A stretch of 60,740 nucleotides of DNA, filler included, from Sphacelaria rigidula (lineage: Eukaryota), in the NCBI GenBank assembly GCA_964200075.2. It is 8 parts of 8 records of this genome, joined end to end, with 100 filler letters (N's around TTAATTAATTAA, not from the genome) between each part and the next. Parts side by side here need not be neighbours in the genome. Positions count along the whole stretch, not along the records: positions 45,633 to 53,136 come from CAXNAA020014605.1; positions 53,237 to 60,740 come from CAXNAA020014606.1; 6 more parts are not named here. One strand, written 5' to 3'. The notes under the pieces were generated by a model, which was given only the letters and a program-made list of their open reading frames with translations, made no database searches and had not been told where the DNA came from. Positions 51,783 through 60,740 of the stretch are shown piece by piece; position 1 is the stretch's first letter, and each line of letters opens with the position of its first letter. A program made the translations under genes and the position numbers.

Positions 51783-52493
51783 ATGATTGCAGCGCCTCTG
51801 TACCCGCCCTTCTCGCGGAACTTCGACGATGAGCAGGATTATGCGGACGAAACATATACTTCCGGAACATCCACCTTCGATTCCAAAGCTTTGCTTCCAA
51901 TCTTGAGATGGAAAAGAGGCATCGCCCAGCACCACCGCAGCAGCCCCAAGAATGATCACAAGCTGCCTTTCACTGTCAAGACCTTGATCGTCGGCTTTCA
52001 GGGCGGCGGTGCCTCCTACGCCCACACGCTGTTTAACCTGAGCAATAATAGCGACAACAGCAATAGCACCACGAACAGAAATGGTACAGGAGAGCACGCT
52101 GCCGAGTGGGTGGGCACTCTGGTGTTACCAGGATGCGGGAATGCTACTAGTGGGGCGCCTGGTGGGCTCATGTGGGGAGGGGGAGCGGGAGATTCTTTGG
52201 AGGCCGCAGATCCTCACAACCTTGCGTGCAACATCTTCCGCAAGAAAAGGAGCGCGGGCAGCGTTCCTGAGGGCGAAGGTGAAGGCCATGGCGATGTAGC
52301 GATAGCGTTATGCGGGTATCATGTGCCTGCCTTGGCGGCGCACGCGTGGGCTCGCGTGCTGCTGGAGAATATATCGGCGGAGGTGGTTGTCGGCTTGACC
52401 TCGGTTGCGGTAGAGCCAGGACGAAGTGAGGGATGGGAAGGGGCAAAGCTGCTGGCTACCTCGCAGGCGGAGGAGAGGGCGGATTGCTTAGAG
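51783..52493 (+). CDS. First exon of a probable proteasome assembly chaperone 1 (PAC1/PSMG1-like) protein
   Basis: 237 open codons from ATG to a GAG|GTGAGG donor. PFSRNFDDEQD...PILRW, TLIVG, WVGTLVL and CGYHVPALAAHAWARVLLENI recall PAC1. The exon is well supported; the family call is by eye. Confidence 0.6.
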
Positions 52494-53236
52494 GTGAGGA
52501 GAATGCGTGCGGGGACTATTACAGGGGCCTTAACAGCGCTCGACTTGATAGCTGATACTGAGGTGCCGGCGGAGGATCATGGTTTGCGTGTGCTGCAGGG
52601 GGTATGTACTCGAGTCCGATACTGTTCCGAGTTGAAAGATACAGTAGTACTCAGTATTGAGTACGCCATGTCCACTGTTTTCACGGCGAGGTACGTTGAT
52701 CCACATTCACAAAATTGATGCAAATGGGGCTTATGTGACTCTCCTCTGGTTATGATGCTACACATAAGCCTGTGCAGAAGTCTCGAACGGTGTAGTAGTG
52801 ATGAACCTCTGCCACCTAAATCCTTTCGGAACCAGTGCGGAAAGGAGCGTTCATGCAGTTGAAGCAGGCTAGTGCACCCTCCTTTCTTATCGCGCAAAGG
52901 CTGAACCAGTCACATGGGCAGGTAGGTATCGACCAAGCCTAATCACTCAAAACGACGTGCCAATGGATGAGAAATAACCGAGGTAGAGCTAGGAAAAAAG
53001 TAAGGTTGTGTAGCGTTAGGAAAACATCGGTGGTCGCGCCTTCAGGCGCCGGGCAACGGCCGCCAGAGCTTTTTGCCCCCCCCCCCCCTCTCCCCGATGG
53101 TGGGACACCCATGAGGCATTGTATAAGCCGTGGCTGNNNNNNNNNNNNNNNNNNNNNNNNNNNNNNNNNNNNNNNNNNNNTTAATTAATTAANNNNNNNN
53201 NNNNNNNNNNNNNNNNNNNNNNNNNNNNNNNNNNNN

Positions 53237-55222
53237 ATGAAGGGTGAGCTGCATCCTGCTAAGATTATTCGGCCCGAAGCCTAGTGATTATCTTGCATGT
53301 GGATGACAGCCAACAGTGAGTTGCATGATTCTGTGGTATCGTCACTTCCAGAGACAGCCACGTCTTATACACTGCCTCATGGGCGCGTCACCAGTGGGGG
53401 GGGAGGGGGGGGGGGCGTAATCATTTGTTGCTTGCCTTAGTCGTTTAAGCATTTACCACCCATCGCTTTCGAAACGGAGCACCGTTTCTACTCCTGATAA
53501 AGACAACTCCAACATTCCGGCGCTCATTACGTGTGTTCCATACATTGCACAAGAACCTTTTACATACCCTATCCCCGTCCTGTTTCGCCGCTGTGGCCAT
53601 CACTTATCTCCTAGTTTAGCCGTCGCGTTCTCCATCGTTCTCTTCCTACTGTCTAATGCATCAAACGATTCCATGCCACCTTTGTTCACGTCCCGCATTT
53701 CCTCGAGCACGTCCCGTTTCTCCTTGTATAGCTCACATTCTACAACTATATGACTTCTGCTCTCTATTGCTTTGTCACAGAGGCGATTCTGTTCATCTAC
53801 TTCCTCCTCCTTTCGACGACTGGTATATCTCTTTTTTCTTTCTGGCAGGCCCAGGTCCCCCACTCGAAACCCAAGGTTCAATTATGTCACCGCGCCCATG
53901 GGGCCATGCAGATATGCTTTCATCCCTATTCCCTCTCTCAACCCCCCGTATATCTTCAGGCGTTCTTTCTCGTCTACTTTGCGTCTGAGCGCTCCGTTTC
54001 CCCTTACTTCTATCATATCTCTTACTGTTGTCTTGTACCCCGCGCCTTTACCAGTGGACAGTATTTCGTCTTGGTTTCCTCCGATCTCCTTCCATAATTT
54101 CCCCACTTCTTCATCCCACCTTATTCCAGCATGCCCTACCGTACTTTTCTTCCATACAGCCTCATCAACTGTAGCTGGCAATCTCTTTCTCTGCATGTTC
54201 TTTACGCTATATTGCCGCCCCAATTTCCTCACGTCTCTGGTTGTCTTAAGCGAGTACATTCCCAACTCTGCTCTCAAATCTGTATTACTCATCGTTTTCG
54301 AGCACCAAGTATTTCCTCAGCTGCTGCCATCTGTACTGTTTCCAACTTCTTCACCAACTTCACGTTCCTCTCCCATACTGTTCCTGCACATTCCAGCTTT
54401 GGTACAATCACGTTCATCCCGATGCATCTCTTAATCATAGTCTCTAGATTCGAGTCTCTGAGGATCACGTCCATCCTTCCTATCTGTGCCTTACCCTTTT
54501 CTACTTCCTCTGTCTTTGAAGTCTGGGCACTTATGGTTGTACGAGCCCTAAACGGTGCGATTTCTTATCTTCGATCTTTTTATTGCACTCGTCGGCGTTT
54601 TCGAGCTAAATCCACCATTCTTTTTACAACGTGGGTGCTTGACTCATGCAGCCGCGCGGCCGAAAAAAAGTAAGTTGGTCCAAAAACGGCCATTTTTCGC
54701 TCGTTTCCCCAGGGAAGCATGAGAGACTCGGGAACACGACAAATCGCGAAAAATGGGCCAGAAAATGTAAAACCCGCGAAACCATCATTGATTTTGGACA
54801 TGTCCGCTATGTTAACCTACGCACGCCCCATCCAAGATTTTTGTTAGCATGTAATTGCTAGTGTTCTATATAAAACGTCCAAAATGAGTCAATGATGTGG
54901 TATAAATGGATCAAAAAGGGTCAAACTGGTGTATATTCCGACATAACTTTAGCGATGAAAAAAATATATAAATACATATATTTTTCCATCAGCTTCGTCT
55001 GCGCTTCACTTCCCTTACAAACCCAACCATACCATGATCGTCAACGTTGGAATACCCAAACGATTGAACGCCGATAAGTGCCCAGACTCATGGGACAGAG
55101 GAAGTATTACTTTATTTCTGTGTGCATCCCAAGAACAGGTTCCTGAGATTTCTACACCAAGGTATGTATACTAGTCTACGATCGGCGGTTCCTTTTCTCC
55201 CCGTCTCCATTTGAACTCCACC
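53237..55222 (-). mobile_element. LINE remnant, copy 2, with a C-terminal Cys/His motif and the 3' module, interrupted by a MITE
   Basis: IVPKLECAGTVWE, LRAELGMYSLK and CDKAIESRSHIVVECELY. Collinear with 23195-24299. Confidence 0.9.
54504..55104. mobile_element. Stowaway-like MITE with TA TSD inside LINE copy 2
   Basis: TA|CTTCCTCTGTCTTTGAAGTCTGGGCACTTAT ... ATAAGTGCCCAGACTCATGGGACAGAGGAAG|TA. Confidence 0.9.
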
Positions 55223-55888
55223 GTTTTTTTTTTTTTTTTTTGGGTGGGTTTGTTTTTTTTCTCTGTTTTTTTTTTATTAAAAAGATTTGAAGAGGGGCTG
55301 TGGGGGNNNNNNNNNNATTACAACACCGGGGGAAGTAGGTTTTTTTCTTTTTTTTTTTTCTGTTCCTCCCGCGCTCCTTTTGATTTCTCCCGTTTTTTTT
55401 TTTTTTTTGGGGGGGGGATGGACTTTTACCCGTGTTATCTATGACCAAAACATATTCCTGAAGAAACAAGACCATCTCGTGAAGTTATGAACAAATTGAA
55501 GATTGTATGGCGTCATATTCATTGATTGATTGATTGTCGCACTGTACCTGACTCCCCAGTCATGATCCAGCCGTAGTCACATGGTAGACGTACCCAAGAC
55601 AAACAAAAGTGAAACACTCGCTGAAGAAAAAGAGGAAGAAACTGAAAAGGTAGAACATAACAAGATACTGTAGTAGACTAAGACGTACAAAAAAATAAAA
55701 ATAAAATAAGTAAGAGTACGAAAATATCATGTACCCTCATGTATGCACAATCGTCGAACAATCGCACACAGTTAGTTGACTAACGGACAGCAAACGCCAA
55801 CAATTCATACGGGGGCGCAATCTCATCGTCGAGAGCTTCGTGCCCGGAAAAACGAAATCGAAGTTCCTACCGACCGGCGGGTCCTTAC

Positions 55889-56002
55889 CGTTGCGCCCAC
55901 GACCTCGGATCCCTCCTCCTTGTGAACCGGCATGGATTCTCCCGTCACCATGCTTTCGTCCACGGCGGCATTTCCTCTCACCACTACACCATCCGCAGGT
56001 AC
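55889..56002 (-). CDS. Cu-type P1B ATPase (ATP7/HMA5-like), actuator-domain exon
   Basis: Translation [38 protein letters not shown] contains the TGES motif. CAG acceptor, GTAAGG donor. Confidence 0.93.
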
Positions 56003-57643
56003 CTGTTTGAATTTTGCGGCCCCTTGTATTACGGTCGGCGAAATCTTCTCTAACGTTGGGTTCGGGATATATGACGTCTTGATTTATACTATATTCCTGC
56101 AAGTCTGCGGGCACCTGCTCTCTTCAAAACTATTTGCAGTTTTACTCAGCGGAAATATCATCCTTGTGCTCCGCGGTAAAGTTCGGTTCTACAGCGCAAG
56201 TTGTTTGCAGACAAGAGCTTTTGCTCCCGCCAGCATCCAATAAATGCAGTCCCCGGAACCTGTGAGTGTGTGGCAGTGCAAGTTGAAACTTTTCATTCTC
56301 TGTTGAAAGCGACTTTTTCAGGTTTTTCGACTGCCACGACTCGTGCACGACTTATTTTTTATCCCAACCTTCGACAACAGATAAACACGAACACGCGACA
56401 AGAAATTCGAAAACAAAAGATTTTCCACGACCAGCTTTGATTGAGATACGGGCTTAACGGTTGCCGGGGGGTCTGCTGGTGTTCATCCCCCGCTCCTCGC
56501 AGTTTGATATGCTTTCGCTCGACCGAAACTGATCCGGATCGTTATAATCATCAATTCCATTCTCTGTATATGTTTTCGATGTTAATTGCGCTACAGCCAA
56601 AAGACCATGTTTTTTTTAAATCATGTACGGTCAATGGTACCCCTCCATGAACGGTGTAAGTACTCTGTATCGTTCCGAACACATGAACTGGGAGACGTGT
56701 TTTCACCACTTGGTCGATTCAATGTTTCAATAAATTTTCCGTAAATATATTATTTCGAACTACCACGGACCCTAACCCTCCCAACAACAAAGGTATATCG
56801 AGAGCTCTCGGGCGCGGGGGGTGCAAAGTGTTCCTTCCCTAGGCAGTTTGTGATGCCAGACCCGATTTGACGAAAACATGTTCTTCACACGCTAGGGTCA
56901 CTTGGGTCTATCAACCTCGCTAAATATCCGAATATCGATGTTCACACTCCAACCAAATGAATAAGTCCCGGAAAAGTCCTGAAAGATCGAGTGGTGAACA
57001 CTACTGGAATTGGGAAAAAAAATGTCCTGAGCACGACGTGTTTCTTTTTCCAAGCGGTGAATATTCGAGCGACGGAGACAAATCGTTCGGGGACAATCCG
57101 GATTGAGCGAGCCAAAACTGTCGAGTACTATTAATACTGTATGATGGTCCAGAGAGTTTTGCGGGTACAACTTCTGCATCTAGAGTAGTACGGCCCCCGC
57201 ATGTCAGGTCTAGGCAGGGCCTGCCGAGTTTCCCCCACCCCAGGACTGTCGATGGTTCCAAGACAGGCGTCTTCATCAGTCCGATTGGGTCGGGGTTTTT
57301 TTCCTCTGAATGTCGAGTTTTGTACTTTTTTTTCCCCTTCGTTCTTGTTCATTTACCTACCTTCAACGTGTCTTCAGTGTTTTCACATCGTACTGTCTAT
57401 CATCGCTTCCTTCCTGTTTCAGTCAGCCCCATGTTTCTCGGGGTTGCCGTTAGCGAGGGGATTTCGCGTAGTTAGCTCGGGTAAGTCCATCTCATGACCA
57501 CGACACGAATCGGATCGGAACAGTTCATTCGCCATCATCAACAAACCAATCAACCATGTTCACCGGCATTTTTCCTTCGCGTAACGACTAATCTTTGTTA
57601 AGCCGATCAGTGAAGCGGAATCTAATCCAATTTTGTTCCGACT

Positions 57644-57678
<35 letters not shown>
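57644..57678. repeat. (CA)n(TA)n microsatellite
   Basis: Read directly from the sequence. Confidence 0.9.
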
Positions 57679-58399
57679 CCTTAATCGGTCGGCTTAATAC
57701 GTTCCTCGTTTGGCTCTGGAGGTAATGTGGAGCGTACTCATTTGTTTTTTGCCTTAATCGTTTGACCATTGACCGAAGATCCCTTTCAAGACGGGGTAAT
57801 TGGAGGTAATTTACGGGTTGCCACTACGCCGTCTGCCGGCATCTGTTTCGCTTTATGACACTACTTTCAACTAGTCACCTAGATCTGCGTATACGCTGAT
57901 TCGAGATCGAATTTCGGGCCAGTAAGTCGTTCTGGGCTTTGCACCAACTATTGCCTAAGTTTCAACGTTTGAGTCGGAGTTTGTGTGTTTTTTGGGGGTC
58001 TCTAATATGTTCGTGGAGAGGGGTTGTGTTCCTCAAAAATGCACTTGCCAGTCAGTGAGCCTTCTCAGGACACTAGTGCTTTTGGTCAGGGCACAAGCAC
58101 ACATATATACACCCGTCATGATTTTTTTTTTCCGCCTGTAGCACACTCACCGATTCCCAAGGGACCCAGCCGTGGTCACAAATTTCATGTACCCAAGGTA
58201 ACCGCAACGGAAATTCTCGTTACAGTAAAGAAAAAGAAAAATATGGAGGAAACGAAAAAAACAACAGAAAAGTAGATCAAACAAAAAGGGCTCAAGTGGA
58301 GAGGATCAAAGGCCTTGACGGTTCACTCTCGGAGGGGCAAGCTTCAGAAACATACGTCCAAGCAGTAATATCTTGTAGGGGGTGCATGCACTCGAGTAC

Positions 58400-58540
58400 C
58401 TTGGCACCCCGGACGACCTTGACGATATCCCCTACCACCAAGGAAGAAGCCTCCACGGTGCTCTCGCCCGATAGGCTGCAGCTAGGCCAATCAGAGACCA
58501 GAACGGCGCTGTCCGCACGTAGGTCCATCAGCTTTCCCAC
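58400..58540 (-). CDS. P1B ATPase exon
   Basis: Translation VGKLMDLRADSAVLV...VEASSLVVGDIVKVVRGAK. CAG/GT boundaries, phase 0. Confidence 0.92.
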
Positions 58541-58584
58541 CTGCCATGAATAACGCAAATCCGTTAGGTATGCTGTGTACACGT

Positions 58585-58812
58585 GACACTTTCTACGACA
58601 GCCTCCCCCCCAAAAGTGCCTGTTTCTTGGAGGCAAAATCTTCGCGTCAATCGAAATGAAAAAAGCTGAGCACAACGAGCAGCTGGGAATTCCCACGCTT
58701 TCGCCCATAAGAGGCGCTTCATGCAGCGTGAACCCAAATATCAGGCGCTGTATGACCATTTTTTTGTGACACTTTTGGGCTGGTTTTCGGGGGGGGCTGG
58801 GTAGAAAATGAA
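58585..58812 (-). mobile_element. MITE family A, copy 3, inside an ATPase intron
   Basis: Reverse-complement match to 5747-6000 and 47451-47680. Confidence 0.8.
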
Positions 58813-58852
58813 AGTGGTATGTGTGTGGTCGACGGTACACAAAATCACTCGC

Positions 58853-58957
58853 CGCGTTTGAAGCCTTGCCCCTGGCGAGCTGTTCCAGTAGCTTTCCGAG
58901 CAGCATGAACGTCATGAGAATGGCCGAAGTGTCGAAGAACAGTGTTGAAGGAGAATC
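58853..58957 (-). CDS. P1B ATPase TM exon with a GC donor
   Basis: Translation DSPSTLFFDTSAILMTFMLLGKLLEQLARGKASNA matches FFDTSxMLxTFxxLGKxLE of Cu-ATPases. TAG acceptor; donor GCG|GCGAGT. Confidence 0.9.
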
Positions 58958-59558
58958 CTAGGAGATAGACGAAAAATAACGTACCGGCACAGATCATGAA
59001 CACGGAAAGTCGCGGAGAGGAGAGAAGGAGCGGACATTAGCATGGAAAAACCCAGCAGGTTGTTAGGTGAAGGCGTGTGCTATGGTGCGCATGGGAAGGA
59101 GAAAAGATCGAATTCCGGAGGAGTGGCAACGGCCAAGGCAAGCCCCGGAGGAGGGTGAGGATAGGTTACGTACTGATTGAGATATTTTTGGTTTGTGGAG
59201 GGGGTTCACGAGGATAAAATCTACTACGCCAATTAGAATAATAGAACAAAGCAGAGTCTCCGCATGGGTGGGATGCTGTGTCGGAATCTGGTCGTCATAA
59301 CATGGGAACTGGGATATTCCCGTTCTCATGATCGTCGATGTGTATCAACAAATAACGCTGGTCGAGGAATCTTGGATCATGACCAAACCGACTTAGACCA
59401 GGCAACAAGGGTCGACGTGGTGAGGTCGGGCAGGGGCCGGGGGGGGGGGGGGGGGGGAGGGGGGGGACAAAAGTCCCACACAAGAAGAAAGCCCTTTTTG
59501 TCCCAAAANNNNNNNNNNATGAAAGTGGTGCGGGGAGGGAGTTGAAGTGGAAGCAGGG

Positions 59559-59631
<73 letters not shown>

Positions 59632-60740
59632 TAGGTAGGACCAACGATCCCAACATAGGACGTACACCTTTTGACCCCTAACAAGTAAGGTGCATGGCAT
59701 CTGTGCAAAAAAACAACATTGACAATGATTGTTTTTTGGAAGTTTTGAAGGCAAGCTGCAAATGCACCTGAAAAAACGAAAGTTCGAACCCGTCATGTGT
59801 CAGCGATGTGGAGGTGTATGTAGCCTCTGAATAGGGAGGTCATCACCTTAACGCATGATTTCGTCATATCAAATAAGTACCAGATTCGGCGGGCTGGAGA
59901 TAGCAGCCGACATGGGATGGGAAGTTTGCACCCTCCCCATGACACCAACAAGCAAGGTAAGTACAATGACAGACGTGTCATGGGTACGTCTTTCATGTGA
60001 CCACGGCTGGACCCCTGGGGGGCCAGTTGAAGTGCGATAATCAATCAATCAAAAGGGTGTATCCCACTATCAAGTTAACCCGAAGAAATGAAGGAACGTG
60101 GTCTATGGTCGGTCGATCGTCGAGCAACCCGGATACTTTTCAGGGGCTAACACCTGCCCTCGATTCGCAACCCTACCGGTCAGGTTAGCCATGGGGTTGG
60201 AAGCCCGTATCTGTTTGTACTAATATGATATGGTCAACGTCAGGGTAATTTCTAGTTTTTTTTACCATTTTGTTTAAAACCTCCACGCGTGCGAGCCCTG
60301 CGTCGTTGATACCTGCGCAACTGCTCTTACGCGCGTCAGCCGTGACTTACCATTAGCTACTATTATAATGCTTATTATCATACATATACTTTTTATATTG
60401 TTATTATTACCGTAACTACTACCCGTCTTACCAATATAATTACTATACCGTGGAGTACTAACCCCGCAACATACTCGAGCTCGGTCTCTACCCTTAAGTC
60501 GAAAACACTTTGAAGGGCCGACAAGTGCAGAACGTACCTGCGGGCACACGGGACCAACCTCTACTTTTTTTCATCCCTACATAGTTTGTTGACATCATGT
60601 TACTCGCCATCCACGAAGAGAAATTGAGAAGACTCATCACCCATCTTTCCACGGGCTAAATCATTCCAAGGTTCGGACAAATAATGATTCGTCTGGAAAT
60701 CACTTGGTTTTAGTATAATTGATTCGACTCGTACGAATCA

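Noticed and set aside
1..60740. Apparent metal-homeostasis cluster (iron-uptake protein, MFS transporter, Cu-ATPase)
   Set aside because: The genes lie on different size-sorted contigs joined by artificial spacers, so there is no real linkage.

Overview
Eukaryotic nuclear DNA, most likely from a brown alga (inferred from long introns, C-rich acceptor tracts, TTAGGG-like repeats, stramenopile-type proteins and retroelements). The window is not one locus. It joins eight unlinked contigs of 7504-7506 bp, sorted by decreasing length, with 100-nt N/TTAATTAATTAA/N spacers, so neighbourhoods across spacers are meaningless. Partial spliced genes: ISIP2a/FEA1-like iron-uptake protein with a C-terminal membrane anchor, MFSD8-like MFS transporter, NF-YC, WDR3/UTP12, a probable proteasome assembly chaperone 1, and a Cu-type P1B ATPase. 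Most of the rest is transposon debris: a DIRS/Ngaro-type tyrosine-recombinase retrotransposon, Gypsy and LINE remnants, a pogo transposase fragment and many MITE families. The most unusual signals are (1) a LINE family with a short 3' module that is bounded by poly(C) rather than poly(A); (2) a GC-AG, in-frame, stop-free, MITE-containing intron in the ATPase; (3) a hairpin loop flipped between two copies of one element; (4) a piggyBac-type mini-element inserted into the terminal repeat of its own relative. All family assignments are motif recognition by eye; no searches were run.
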